Shown here: positions 24,838-40,000 of the stretch, piece after piece
How positions within the stretch are numbered: position 1 is the stretch's first letter
Layout of the letters: each line of letters opens with the position of its first letter
DNA from: Eukaryota sp. TZLM1-RC
Lineage: Eukaryota; Protista; Metamonada: BaSk clade
NCBI GenBank assembly: GCA_040285825.1
Contig: JAUPSS010000004.1
Span: 1,526,088 to 1,590,087 of the forward strand
Reading direction: 5' to 3'
DNA length: 64,000 bases
Position numbers and translations under genes: made by a program
Notes under the pieces: model-generated
The model's database searches: none
Seen by the model: the letters and a program-made list of their open reading frames with translations, nothing else
Told to the model about the DNA's origin: nothing

Positions 24838-25926
24838 TACCTGGTTGATCCTGCCAGTAGGCATATGCTTGTCTCAAAGATTAAGCCATGCATGTCTAAG
24901 TTCAGGAGTTTTCTCCGAAACAGCGAATGGCTCATTAAATCAGTGATAATTTATTTGATAGTACTTACTACTTGGATAACCGTGGTAATTCTAGAGCTAA
25001 TACATGCAGCAAATACTTCTTTTGAAGTATGCATTTATTAGATACAAAACCAATCCTGGCAACAGGTCTTTGGTGAATCATAATAACTATGCTGATCGCA
25101 TGTCTTCGGACAGCGACATATCATTTAAATCACTGCCCTATCAACTAAATCGTAAGGTAGTGGCTTACGATGGTGATGACGGGTAACGGGGAATTAGGGT
25201 TTGATTCCGGAGAGGGAGCCTGAGAAATGGCTACCACATCCAAGGAAGGCAGCAGGCGCGAAAATTACCCAATCTCATTACGAGGAGGTAGTGACAAAAA
25301 ATAACAATACTGGGCTCTTTTGAGTTCGTAATTGGAATGAGTACAACTTAAAACCTTTAACGAGGAGCTACTAGAGGGCAAGTCTGGTGCCAGCAGCCGC
25401 GGTAATTCCAGCTCTAGTAGTGTATCTTAAAATTGCTGCGTTTAAATCGTCCGTAGTTGAATCTCAGAATTTGCGTATCTTCAGGTTTTCCTGTTGGTAA
25501 ACAGATTCTTCTGTCTGAGGACACTAGTCATTTGCTTCGGCGGTGGCTATTGAATTCAGACCGTTTACTTTGAAAAAATTAGAGTGTTCAAAGCAGGCTT
25601 TATGCAATTGAATAACTTAGCATGGAATAATAGAATAGGACTTTGGTTCTGTTTTATTGGTTTTGAGAACTAGAGTAATGATTAAAAGGGACAGTTGGGG
25701 GCATTAGTACTCCGGTGTCAGAGGTGAAATTCTTGGATTGCCGGATGACTAACTACTGCGAAAGCATTTGCCAAAGATGTTCTCATTAATCAAGGTCGAA
25801 AGTTGGGGGATCGAAGACGATTAGACACCGTCGTAGTCTCAACCATAAACTATGCCGACTAGGGATTAGTAGGCGTTAAATACGACCCTATTAGCACCTT
25901 ATGGGAAACCATAAGTTCTTGGGTAA

Positions 25927-25985
<59 letters not shown>

Positions 25986-26434
25986 TTGTGGAGCCTGCGG
26001 CTTAATCTGACTCAACACGGAGAAACTTACCAGGTCCAGACGTGATAAGGATTGACAGATTGATAGCTCTTTCATGATCTTACGGTTAGTGGCGCATGGC
26101 CGTTCTTAGTTGGTGGAGTGATTTGTCTGGTTAATTCCGATAACGAACGAGATCTAAATTGCTAACTAGTTTTATTCTATTTTCGGATAGTTTGAACTTC
26201 TTAGCGAGACTGCTGTGGTTTTACACAGAGGAAGGTTTAGGCAATAACAGGTCTGTGATGCCCTTAGATGTTCTGGGCCGCACGCGCGCTACAATGGTAG
26301 GTACAACGAGTTTGTCCTTAACCGAAAGGTTTGGGTAATCTTGTGAATACCTATCTTGACTGGGATAGATCCTTGCAATTATGGGTCTTGAACGAGGAAT
26401 AACTTGTAAGTGCATGTCATCAGCATGCGCTGAA

Positions 26435-26480
<46 letters not shown>

Positions 26481-26620
26481 GATGTTGAGGTGAAATGTTT
26501 GGACTCAATGGGTTAAGCTGCAAAGCAAGACTTGTTGGGAAAATTCAGTGAATCTTTGCATCTAGAGGAAGGAGAAGTCGTAACAAGGTATCCGTAGGTG
26601 AACCTGCGGATGGATCATTG
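24838..26620 (+). rRNA. 18S rRNA: 18S rRNA (unit 2)
   Basis: Same motifs as unit 1, offset 11875. Confidence 0.99.
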
Positions 26621-26718
26621 TCGTTTGTGAGCTTGGCTTGCCAAGTTTCACTTTAACTGAAACCTAATACCGAACCAACCCTTTTTATTATAAAAACTAA
26701 TAGTTTCTATGAAACATC
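26621..26718 (+). other. ITS1
   Basis: Copy of 14746-14843. Confidence 0.9.
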
Positions 26719-26879
26719 CAACTTTCAGTGATGGATGTCTCGGCTCCTTTATCGATGAAGAACGCAGCGAATTGCGATACGTAATGTGAATTGCAGAATC
26801 TGTGAATCATCGAAACTTTGAACGCAAATGGTAGTTCTTTAGAGCTTCGGCTTTATTGAACTATACTTGAATCAGCGTC
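26719..26879 (+). rRNA. 5.8S rRNA: 5.8S rRNA (unit 2)
   Basis: ATCGATGAAGAACGCAGC and other motifs; copy of unit 1. Confidence 0.97.
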
Positions 26880-27037
26880 GTCTTTTATTTTTCCATTTCG
26901 GATAATTGGAATTGAAGGTTACTTCTTTTCTTAAATAATCAAATATATGATTGACTTTTGTCAACATTTATTGTTGAAGGCAACTTTTACATTAATTGAC
27001 GACTCATCTCTTTCATATATTGTCTTTTAGACATCAT
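26880..27037 (+). other. ITS2
   Basis: Copy of the unit 1 ITS2. Confidence 0.9.
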
Positions 27038-27387
27038 TTCGACCTGATTTCAAGTAAGATCACCCCCTGGACTTAAGCATATCAATAAGGGGAGGAAAAG
27101 AAAATAACTATGATTTCCTTAGTAGCGGCGAGCGAACAGGAAAAAGCTCAAGACTGAATCTTTATGATCTTTAGATTGTGAAGAGTTGTAGTCTATGGAA
27201 ACCAGTATTCGGTTCTCGATGTATAAGTCCTTTGGAAAAGGGTATCATGGAAGGTGAAAATCCTGTAAATGACATCGAAGTAATTGATTCACTACTGATT
27301 TTCCGAGAGTCGCGCTGTTTGGGAATGCAGCGTTAAATGTGGGGTAAGTTTCCCATAAAGCTAAATATAAAAGGAGACCGATAGTTC

Positions 27388-27418
<31 letters not shown>

Positions 27419-28259
27419 TCTGAAGAGAGAGTTAAAAGTACCTGAAATCACTGAAAGGATAAGCGATTGGAACTTGATATTGATAGCTTCGGCTGTCTTG
27501 CGTTGGAGTGATTTTGAAAATTGAGTGATTGTGGGAAGGTAGCTATAATGAACTTCGGTTTATTGTAGTGTTATAGCCTCATAAATTGTTCTTTTTTAAG
27601 AATCAGGAATACGGTTTTACCGAGACTCCAACATAAAAGGTTCAATTGTCCCGTCTTGAAACACGGACCAAGGAGTGTATCTCTTCTGCAAGTCGTAGGG
27701 TGTAAAAACCTGAAGGCGAAATGAAAGTAATTTTATGAGGGGAAGTTTCGACTGCACCCTCAACCAGTCCTTGCAAAGGGATCTGAGTATGAGCAGAATG
27801 GATACGACCCGAAAGCCGCTGAACTATGCCTGAATAGGATGAAGCCAGGGGAAACTCTGGTGGAAGTCCGTAGCGATGTTGACGTGCAAATCACTCGTCA
27901 AATTTGGGTATAGGGGCGAAAGACTCATCGAAGCGGCTAGTAGCTGGTTACGTTCGAAGTTTCCCCCAGGATAGCTGGAGCTTGTTTTAGTTTTGTCCGG
28001 TAAAGCTAATGATTAGAGGTACTAGGGACGCAATGTCCTTAGCCTATTCTCAAACTTTAAATGGGCAAGATTTGTGATGATACTTAAGTGATCGTTGCAA
28101 TTGAATAATAGCTCTAAGTGGGCCATTTTTGGTAAGCAGAACTGGCGATGTGGGATGCTCCAAAAGACATGTTAAGGTGCCTAAGTGTGCACTCATTTAG
28201 ACCCCAGAAAAGGTGTTGGTTGATATTGACAGCAGGACGGTGGCCATGGAAGTCGGAAT

Positions 28260-28293
<34 letters not shown>

Positions 28294-29203
28294 TCAACTA
28301 GCCCTGAAAATTGATGGCGCTAAAGTGTGCCACCTATACATGTCCATTAATTCATTTTATGAGTTAATGTGTAGAACGTCGTGGGGGTTGCGTAGAAGGT
28401 TCATTGTGAAATGGACTGGAGCAGCCTCTAGTGCAGATCTTGGTGGTAGTAGCAAATAAACAAGTTGGAATCTTGTTGACCGAAGTGGAGTAGGGTTCCA
28501 TGGTAAAGGTATTCTGCCATGGGTTAGTCGGTCCTAAGGCACAGGTTAACTCTTTGAGAGGGGGCTTTTATAGCTCCGTCCTGTCGAAAGGGAAGCAGGT
28601 TAATATTCCTGCACCAACAGTGGGTGTTCGTGGTAACACAATCGAATCTAGAGATGTCGGGGAGGATCCTGGGAAGAGTTATCTTTTCTTATTAACTGTC
28701 TATTGTCCATGGAATCTGTTTAACAGGAGAAGTGGATATAAGATAGGAAGAGCATTACGTTTTTGTAATGTCCGGTGTATTCTCAACGGCCCTTGAAAAT
28801 CTAGAGGAGTAATCACTTCATTGTTGTCCGTACCGATAACCGCATCAGGTCTCCAAGGTGTGTAGCCTCTGGTCTATAGAAGAACGTAGGTAAGGGAAGT
28901 CGGCAAAATAGATCCGTAACTTCGGGATAAGGATTGGCTCTAGGGGCCTTGTGTAAGAGCCCTAGTGGTGACGCACTGAGCGTTGATGTGATTGGCAACA
29001 ATTGCGTTGATGCGAGGTGTTGATCCATTGGGATTACTTTTATGCAATTAAAGGTCAACCTAGAACTGTAACGGACAAAGGGAACCCGACTGTTTAATCG
29101 AAACAAAGCTTTCTGATGGCCGGAAACGGTGTTGACAGAAAGTGATTTCTGCTCAGTGCTCTGAATGTCATTGTGAAGAGATTCAATCAAGCACGGGTAA
29201 ACA

Positions 29204-29248
<45 letters not shown>

Positions 29249-29249
29249 C

Positions 29250-29282
<33 letters not shown>

Positions 29283-29304
29283 GTTCCCACTGTCCCTACC
29301 TACC

Positions 29305-29340
<36 letters not shown>

Positions 29341-29346
29341 TAATTC

Positions 29347-29384
<38 letters not shown>

Positions 29385-29742
29385 TGATATTGTGAACCGA
29401 TTCAGGAGGTGTAGCGTACAGGGAGTAGATTTATCTACGCCAATGAAACACCCTGACTCTTGACATTGGTTTGCTAACTTAATTAATCCGAAACAGGTTT
29501 CCTGTTTCAAGATTTAAGTGTCTTCGGATACGATCGGATTTAAGGACATTGTCAGATGGGGAGTTTGGCTGGGGCGGCACATCTCCAAAATAATAACGGA
29601 GGTGTCCTAAGGTGAGCTCAATGAGAACAGAAATCTCATGTAGAACATAAGGGTAAAAGCTCACTTGATTTTGATTTTCAGTATGAATACAAACCAAGAA
29701 ATTGTGGCCTAACGATCCTTTAACTATAAGAAACTTTTAGCT

Positions 29743-29785
<43 letters not shown>

Positions 29786-29887
29786 AGCCAAGCGTTCATA
29801 GCGACGTTGCTTTTTGATTCTTCGATGTCGGCTCTTCCTATCATTGAGAAGCAGAATTCTCAAAGCGTTGGATTGTTCACCCATTAA

Positions 29888-29943
<56 letters not shown>

Positions 29944-30341
29944 AATAATTGTCATCCTAATAGTAAAAGCAACCCAGTACGAGAGGAACCGTTGTTTCGC
30001 ATAATTGGTATTTACGCTTATCTGAAAAGATATTGGTGTGAAGCTAACATGCGTTGGATTATAGCTGAACGCCTCTAAGCTAGTATCCAACCTAGAAAGG
30101 ATGATATATTGACCTGCAAATTTAATCGATAAAGATTAGGATTGTGTTTACACAGTCCCAATATCTCATCAGTGGGATTGATGTTTAGTCTAAGTACTAT
30201 TCATTGATCATTGAAACTATGAAGATTCGCAGGATCATGAAACCTTGGCAGACGACCAAGATACGGAACTCATTGCTGTAAGTGTAAGAGTATCGTTTTT
30301 GATACGATTTACTGAGGCTCATATGAAGTTCCTAGTTTCGT
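27038..30341 (+). rRNA. 28S rRNA: 28S (LSU) rRNA (unit 2)
   Basis: Near-identical to unit 1. Confidence 0.98.
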
Positions 30342-31041
30342 ATATTGACCAATGGTTGTTTATTACAATCATTGGTCAAATCTTTAAAGTCCATTTTGGG
30401 ACAATTAATATAACAATTGTGGTGTTAAAGTCCGTGCTATGGTCATTTGAGTAGTCATTGGTATGATTGGTTGAATGGTCATTGGTATGATTAGATGAGT
30501 TGCATGTAGTCTTTATGTACTAGATGTGATCAACTTGTGATCAAACTTTGTGTGAAATTGTGTGTTAGTAATGTTGGCTATGTGTTATTTGATCAGTACA
30601 AACTCATGATTACATTTTTCAAATGATTTTGTATATATTTGAATTAATTGAGTGTATTAATTTTTTTAAACATTAAATTGTAAAAAAAGTAAAAAATCAA
30701 AAAGTATACAATTGAATGTTGTAAACTAATAAAACAATTGCTGTAAGTGTAAGAGTATCGTTTTTGATACGATTTACTGAGGCTCATATGAAGTTCCTAG
30801 TTTCGTATATTGACCAATGGTTGTTTATTACAATCATTGGTCAAATCTTTAAAGTCCATTTTGGGACAATTAATATAACAATTGTGGTGTTAAAGTCCGT
30901 GCTATGGTCATTTGATTAGTCATTGGTATGATTGGTTGAATGGTCATTGGTATGATTAGATGAGTTGCATGTAGTCTTTATGTACTAGATGTGATCAACT
31001 TGTGATCAAACTTTGTGTGAAATTGTGTGTTAGTAATGTTG
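30272..31041 (+). repeat. R1 repeat, ~1.7 units (first unit overlaps the true 28S 3' end; second starts at 30737)
   Basis: ATTGCTGTAAG at 30272 and 30737; joins the C/S/L array through the same junction as at 5407. Confidence 0.95.
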
Positions 31042-34000
31042 TAATACATTGTTGCATGAACTTCTACATTGATAAAGAAAATTATTTTACTTTTGTTATT
31101 TCACAGAAACAAAAAAATAAATTCCAAAAAAATTTACAATTTCACTTTCATTTTGAATGTATTCTAGAAACAGATATCGTTTGCTTGATTTGAATCAAAA
31201 GGTGATCGTTTGTATATGGCAACGGTAACGCTATTTTCTGCACGATTATCATTCTTTTGATTAGGTCAGTATCTTTTTCAAAATTTAAGAGCTTTATACA
31301 TCATTAAAACCAATGTTCATATCATTCATTTGATTTGAATTCCTTTGTTGATAATCTTTTTACAACATTTGCGACATTTTATACATGGTTATCTTGCCTT
31401 TGAAAAAATGGAAACGAATGGCGCATTTTACAAGAGAAGTTTTCAAGTTTATAAACTACAGCATGTGTTCTTGATCACATTTTGGTGTAAAAAAAACATT
31501 GTTGCGTGAACTTTTACATTGATAAAGAAGTTTTTCTTTTTTATTAAACATAAATAAAAAATAAATTCAAAATTTCATAAATTCAACAAACACTTTTATT
31601 GCAAAATCAGTACACGAAATCAGATGCTCTATTGATCAAAAATACTGCACCAAAAAAAGCTAAAACAATTTGGCATAGTTTTCATTTGAAATCCCCATTT
31701 CTTATATGACAAAAAGACTCCACACTTGACAATAAATCTTTGAATTGTAATATCCATATGAGTGTTTTAAACGCTGTTGAATGTTATTGTGTTTTCACAC
31801 TTTCTGTGGAAACATGCTTATGCACAAGTGATACAAGGCAGGTTTGATACATGAAGAAATGATTTATGTATTCTGTTTCAATGGCAATCTTGAAAACAAT
31901 AGTGTTGGCAGAAAAGATGATGTATGTACTGAAAAGAATACTGTCCAGGAAAACTTTATTACGATAGAGTCTTCATCAAGAAGAAAAGTACAACGGTGAA
32001 GACATCAAGCCAATCCATGAACAATTGAGATCAAAAAGAGTGATTGAGTCAAACGAAACACTTACAATAACCGATAGGTACAAGATTTACGGAATAGAAA
32101 TCCAAAATGCGCTAGGCAAGGCTGCTGCACTGATGGCAATTGTGATGTCTACCCTTCTGCCCCGAAGAATCATGGCACTAAGAGTATAATGTGTTTGAAG
32201 TTACAGACGCATCCCAAAGTCGGAGTACGGAAATGAAAAAAACCGCAGAAGGTTGCTCAGGTTGGAGGTTTCAAACTTCAGATTTTCCAATTTTGACATT
32301 GGAATTTTTACCAACCCATAATGCAATTAATTTTTGGTTTTGCTTTCCTGTTTTTCTGCATGTGTTTCGTATATGGCAACGGTTACGCTAACTTCTGTAC
32401 GATTATCATTTTTTTGATTAGATTAGTATTTCTTTCAAAATTTTGAGCTTTATACATCATTAAAACCAATGTTCATGTCATTCATTTGATTTGAATTCCT
32501 TTGTTGATAATCTTTTTACAACATTTGCAACAATTTATACATGGTTATCTTGCCTTTGAAAAAATGGAAACGAATGGCGCATTTTACAAGAGAAGTTTTC
32601 AAGTTTATAAATACAACATGTGTTCTTGATCACATTTTTGGTGTAAAAAAACATTGTTGCGTGAGCTTTTACATTGATAAAGAAGTTTTTCTTTTTTTAT
32701 TAAACATAAATAAAAAATAAGTTTAAAATTTCATAAATTCAACAAACACTTTTCTTGCAAAATCAGTACACGAAACTAGATGCTCTATTGATCAAAAATA
32801 CTGCACCAAAAAAGCTAAAACAATTTGTCATAGTTTTCATTTGAAATCCCCATTTCTTATATGACAAAAAAACTCCACACTTGACAATAAATCTTTGAAT
32901 TGTAATATCCATATGAGTGTTTCAAACGCTGTTGAATGTTATTGTGTTTTCACACTTTCTGTGAAAACATGCTTATGCACAAGTGATACAAGGCAGGTTT
33001 GATACATGAAGAAATGATTTATGTATTCTGTTTCAATGGCAATCTTGAAAACAATAGTGTTGGCAGAAAAGATGATGTATGTACTGAAAAGAATACTGTC
33101 CAGGAAAACTTTATTATGATAGAGTCTTCATCAAAAAGAAAGTACAACGGTGAAGACATCAAGCCAATCCATGAACAATTGAGATCAAAAGAGTGATTGA
33201 GTCAAACGAAACACTGACAATAACCGATAGGTAAAAGATTTACGGAATAGAAATCCAAAATGCGCTAGGCAAGGCTGCTGCACTGATGGCAATCGTGATG
33301 CCTACCCTTCTGCCCCGAAGAATCATGGCACTAAGAGTATAATGTGTTTTAAAGTTACAGACGCATCCCAAAGTCGGAGTACGGAAATGAAAAAAAACCG
33401 CAGAAGGTTGCTCAGGTTGGAGGTTTCAAACTTCAGATTTTTCCAATTTTGACATTGGAATTTTACCAACCCATAATGCAATTAATTTTTGGTTTTTGCT
33501 TTCCTGTTTTTCTGCATGTGTTTGTATATGGCAGCAGTAACGCTAATTTCTGTACGATTATCATTCTTTTTGATTAGATTAGTATTTCTTTCAAAATTTT
33601 GAGCTTTATACATCATTAAAACCAATGTTCATGTCATTCATTTGATTTGAATTCCTTTGTTGATAATCTTTTACAACATTTGCAACAATTTATACATGGT
33701 TATCTTGCCTTTGAAAAATGGAAACGAATGGCGCATTTTACAAGAGAAGTTTTCAAGTTTATAAATACAACATGTGTTCTTGATCACATTTTTGGTGTAA
33801 AAAAACATTGTTGCGTGAGCTTTTACATTGATAAAGAAGTTTTTCTTTTTTTTATTAAACATAAATAAAAAATAAGTTTAAAATTTCATAAATTCAACAA
33901 ACACTTTTCTTGCAAAATCAGTACACGAAACTAGATGCTCTATTGATCAAAAATACTGCACCAAAAAAGCTAAAACAATTTGTCATAGTTTTCATTTGAA

Positions 34001-37000
34001 ATCCCCATTTCTTATATGACAAAAAAAACTCCACACTTGACAATAAATCTTTGAATTGTAATATCCATATGAGTGTTTCAAACGCTGTTGAATGTTATTG
34101 TGTTTTCACACTTTCTGTGAAAACATGCTTATGCACAAGTGATACAAGGCAGGTTTGATACATGAAGAAATGATTTATGTATTCTGTTTCAATGGCAATC
34201 TTGAAAACAATAGTGTTGGCAGAAAAGATGATGTATGTACTGAAAAGAATACTGTCCAGGAAAACTTTATTATGATAGAGTCTTCATCAAAAAGAAAGTA
34301 CAACGGTGAAGACATCAAGCCAATCCATGAACAATTGAGATCAAAAGAGTGATTGAGTCAAACGAAACACTGACAATAACCGATAGGTAAAAGATTTACG
34401 GAATAGAAATCCAAAATGCGCTAGGCAAGGCTGCTGCACTGATGGCAATCGTGATGCCTACCCTTCTGCCCCGAAGAATCATGGCACTAAGAGTATAATG
34501 TGTTTAAAGTTACAGACGCATCCCAAAGTCGGAGTACGGAAATGAAAAAAACCGCAGAAGGTTGCTCAGGTTGGAGGTTTCAAACTTCAGATTTTCCAAT
34601 TTTGACATTGGAATTTTACCAACCCTTAATGCAATTAATTTTGGTTTTGCTTTCCTGTTTTCTGCATGTGTTTGTATATGGCAACGGTAACGCTAATTTC
34701 TGTACGATTATCATTCTTTTGATTAGATTAGTATTTCTTTCAAAATTTTGAGCTTTATACATCATTAAAACCAATGTTCATGTCATTCATTTGATTTGAA
34801 TTCCTTTGTTGATAATCTTTTTACAACATTTGCAACAATTTATACATGGTTATCTTGCCTTTGAAAAAATGGAAACGAATGGCGCATTTTACAAGAGAAG
34901 TTTTCAAGTTTATAAATACAACATGTGTTCTTGATCACATTGTTGGTGTAAAAAACATTGTTGCGTGAGCTTTTACATTGATAAAGAAGTTTTTCTTTTT
35001 TTTATTAAACATAAATAAAAAATAAGTTTAAAATTTCATAAATTCAACAAACACTTTTCTTGCAAAATCAGTACACGAAACTAGATGCTCTATTGATCAA
35101 AAATACTGCACCAAAAAGCTAAAACAATTTGTCATAGTTTTCATTTGAAATCCCCATTTCTTATATGACAAAAAAACTCCACACTTGACAATAAATCTTT
35201 GAATTGTAATATCCATATGAGTGTTTCAAACGCTGTTGAATGTTATTGTGTTTTCACACTTTCTGTGAAAACATGCTTATGCACAAGTGATACAAGGCAG
35301 GTTTGATACATGAAGAAATGATTTATGTATTCTGTTTCAATGGCAATCTTGAAAACAATAGTGTTGGCAGAAAAGATGATGTATGTACTGAAAAGAATAC
35401 TGTCCAGGAAAACTTTATTATGATAGAGTCTTCATCAAAAAGAAAGTACAACGGTGAAGACATCAAGCCAATCCATGAACAATTGAGATCAAAAGAGTGA
35501 TTGAGTCAAACGAAACACTGACAATAACCGATAGGTAAAAGATTTACGGAATAGAAATCCAAAATGCGCTAGGCAAGGCTGCTGCACTGATGGCAATCGT
35601 GATGCCTACCCTTCTGCCCCGAAGAATCATGGCACTAAGAGTATAATGTGTTTAAAGTTACAGACGCATCCCAAAGTCGGAGTACGGAAATGAAAAAAAC
35701 CGCAGAAGGTTGCTCAGGTTGAAGGTTTCAAACTTCAGATTTTCCAATTTTGACATTGGAATTTTACCAACCCATAATGCAATTAATTTTGGTTTTGCTT
35801 TCCTGTTTTCTGCATGTGTTTGTATATGGCAACGGTAACGCTAATTTCTGTACGATTATCATTCTTTTGATTAGATTAGTATTTCTTTCAAAATTTTGAG
35901 CTTTATGCATCATTGAAACCAATGTTCATGTCATTGATCTGATTTAAATTCTTTTGTTGATAATCCTTTTGCAATTGTTGTGACAATTTATACATGGTTA
36001 TCTTGCCTTTAAAAAAATCGAAACGAATGGCGCAATTTACAGGAGAAGTTTTCAATTTATGAATAGCACCACTGGTTTTTGATCACATTTTTGGTGTAAA
36101 AAAAACATTGTTGCGTGAACTTTTACATTGATAAAGAAAATTATTTTACTTTTGTTATTTGACAGAAACAAAAAAATAAATTTTAAAAATTTACAGTTTC
36201 ACTTTCATTTTGAATGTATTCTAAAAACAGATATCATTTTTGACTTGAATCAAAAGGTGATCGTTTGTAAAAGGCAACGGTAACGCTATTTTCTGCACGA
36301 TTATCATTCTTTTGATTAGGTCAGTATCTTTTCAAAATTTATGAGCTTTATACATCATTAAAACCAATGTTCATGTCATTCATTTGATTTAAATTCCTTT
36401 GTTGATAATCTTTTTACAACATTTGCGACAATTTATACATGGTTATCTTGCCTTTGAAAAATGGAAACGAATGGCGCATTTTACAAGAGAAGTTTTCAAG
36501 TTTATAGATACAGCATGTGTTCTTGATCACATTTTGGTGTAAAAAAACATTGTTGCGTGAACTTTTACATTGATAAAGAAAATTATTTTACTTTTGTTAT
36601 TTGACAGAAACAAAAAATAAATTCAAAAAATTTACAGTTTCACTTTCATTTTGAATGTATTCTAGAAACAGATATCGTTTGTTTGATTTGAATCAAAAGG
36701 TGATCGTTTGTATATGGCAACGGTAACGCTATTTTCTGCACGATTATCATTCTTTTGATTAGGTCAGTATCTTTTTCAAAATTTAAGAGCTTTATACATC
36801 ATTAAAACCAATGTTCATGTCATTCATTTGATTTGAATTCCTTTGTTGATAATCTTTTTACAACATTTGCGACAATTTATACATGGTTATCTTGCCTTTG
36901 AAAAAATGGGAAACGAATGGCGCATTTTACAAGAGAAGTTTTCAAGTTTATAAATACAGCATGTGTTCTTGATCACATTTTTGGTGTAGAAAAACATTGT

Positions 37001-40000
37001 TGCATGAACTTTTACATTGATAAAGAAAATTATTTTACTTTTGTTATTTCACAGAAACAAAAAAATAAATTCCAAAAAATTTACAATTTCACTTTCATTT
37101 TGAATGTATTCTAGAAACAGATATCGTTTGTTTGATTTGAATCAAAAGGTGATCGTTTGTATATGGCAACGGTAACGCTATTTTCTGCACGATTATCATT
37201 CTTTTGATTAGGTCAGTATCTTTTTCAAAATTTATGAGCTTTATACATCATTAAAACCAATGTTCATGTCATTCATTTGATTTGAATTCCTTTGTTGATA
37301 ATCTTTTTACAACATTTGCGACAATTTATACATGGTTATCTTGCCTTTGAAAAAATGGAAACGAATGGCGCATTTTACAAGAGAAGTTTTCAAGTTTATA
37401 AATACAACATGTGTTCTTGATCACATTTTTGGTGTAAAAAAACATTGTTGCGTGAGCTTTTACATTGATAAAGAAGTTTTTCTTTTTTTTATTAAACATA
37501 AATAAAAAATAAGTTTAAAATTTCATAAATTCAACAAACACTTTTCTTGCAAAATCAGTACACGAAACTAGATGCTCTATTGATCAAAAATACTGCACCA
37601 AAAAGCTAAAACAATTTGTCATAGTTTTCATTTGAAATCCCCATTTCTTATATGACAAAAAAACTCCACACTTGACAATAAATCTTTGAATTGTAATATC
37701 CATATGAGTGTTTCAAACGCTGTTGAATGTTATTGTGTTTTCACACTTTCTGTGAAAACATGCTTATGCACAAGTGATACAAGGCAGGTTTGATACATGA
37801 AGAAATGATTTATGTATTCTGTTTCAATGGCAATCTTGAAAACAATAGTGTTGGCAGAAAAGATGATGTATGTACTGAAAAGAATACTGTCCAGGAAAAC
37901 TTTATTATGATAGAGTCTTCATCAAAAAGAAAGTACAACGGTGAAGACATCAAGCCAATCCATGAACAATTGAGATCAAAAGAGTGATTGAGTCAAACGA
38001 AACACTGACAATAACCGATAGGTAAAAGATTTACGGAATAGAAATCCAAAATGCGCTAGGCAAGGCTGCTGCACTGATGGCAATCGTGATGCCTACCCTT
38101 CTGCCCCGAAGAATCATGGCACTAAGAGTATAATGTGTTTAAAGTTACAGACGCATCCCAAAGTCGGAGTACGGAAATGAAAAAAACCGCAGAAGGTTGC
38201 TCAGGTTGGAAGATCAGATTTTGGGTCTGGTTTCAAACTTCAGATTTTCCAATTTTGACATTGGAATTTTACCAACCCATAATGCAATTAATTTTGGTTT
38301 TGCTTTCCTGTTTTCTGCATGTGTTTGTATATGGCAACGGTAACGCTAATTTCTGTACGATTATCATTCTTTTGATTAGATTAGTATTTCTTTCAAAATT
38401 TTGAGCTTTATGCATCATTGAAACCAATGTTCATGTCATTGATCTGATTTAAATTCTTTTGTTGATAATCCTTTTGCAATTGTTGTGACAATTTATACAT
38501 GGTTATCTTGCCTTTAAAAAAATCGAAACGAATGGCGCAATTTACAGGAGAAGTTTTCAATTTATGAATAGCACCACTGGTTTTTGATCACATTTTTGGT
38601 GTAAAAAAACATTGTTGCGTGAACTTTTACATTGATAAAGAAAATTATTTTACTTTTGTTATTTGACAGAAACAAAAAAATAAATTTTTAAAAAATTTAC
38701 AGTTTCACTTTCATTTTGAATGTATTCTAAAAACAGATATCATTTGTTTGACTTGAATCAAAAGGTGATCGTTTGTAAAAGGCAACGGTAACGCTATTTT
38801 CTGCACGATTATCATTCTTTTGATTAGGTCAGTATCTTTTTCAAAATTTATGAGCTTTATACATCATTAAAACCAATGTTCATGTCATTCATTTGATTTG
38901 AATTCCTTTGTTGATAATCTTTTTACAACATTTGCGACAATTTATACATGGTTATCTTGCCTTTGAAAAAATGGAAACGAATGGCGCATTTTACAAGAGA
39001 AGTTTTCAAGTTTATAAATACAGCATGTGTTCTTGATCACATTTTTGGTGTAGAAAAACATTGTTGCATGAACTTTTACATTGATAAAGAAAATTATTTT
39101 ACTTTTGTTATTTCACAGAAACAAAAAATAAATTCCAAAAAAATTACAATTTCACTTTCATTTTGAATGTATTCTAGAAACAGATATCGTTTGTTTGATT
39201 TGAATCAAAAGGTGATCGTTTGTATATGGCAACGGTAACGCTATTTTCTGCACGATTATCATTCTTTTGATTAGGTCAGTATCTTTTTCAAAATTTATGA
39301 GCTTTATACATCATTAAAACCAATGTTCATGTCATTCATTTGATTTGAATTCCTTTGTTGATAATCTTTTTACAACATTTGCGACAATTTATACATGGTT
39401 ATCTTGCCTTTGAAAAAATGGAAACGAATGGCGCATTTTACAAGAGAAGTTTTCAAGTTTATAAATACAGCATGTGTTCTTGATCACATTTTGGTGTAGA
39501 AAAACATTGTTGCATGAACTTTTACATTGATAAAGAAAATTATTTTACTTTTGTTATTTCACAGAAACAAAAAATAAATTCCAAAAAATTTACAATTTCA
39601 CTTTCATTTTGAATGTATTCTAGAAACAGATATCGTTTGTTTGATTTGAATCAAAAGGTGATCGTTTGTATATGGCAACGGTAACGCTATTTTCTGCACG
39701 ATTATCATTCTTTTGATTAGGTCAGTATCTTTTCAAAATTTATGAGCTTTATACATCATTAAAACCAATGTTCATGTCATTCATTTGATTTGAATTCCTT
39801 TGTTGATAATCTTTTTACAACATTTGCAACAATTTATACATGGTTATCTTGCCTTTGAAAAATGGAAACGAATGGCGCATTTTACAAGAGAAGTTTTCAA
39901 GTTTATAAATACAACATGTGTTCTTGATCACATTTTTGGTGTAAAAAACATTGTTGCGTGAACTTTTACATTGATAAAGAAGTTTTTCTTTTTTATTAAA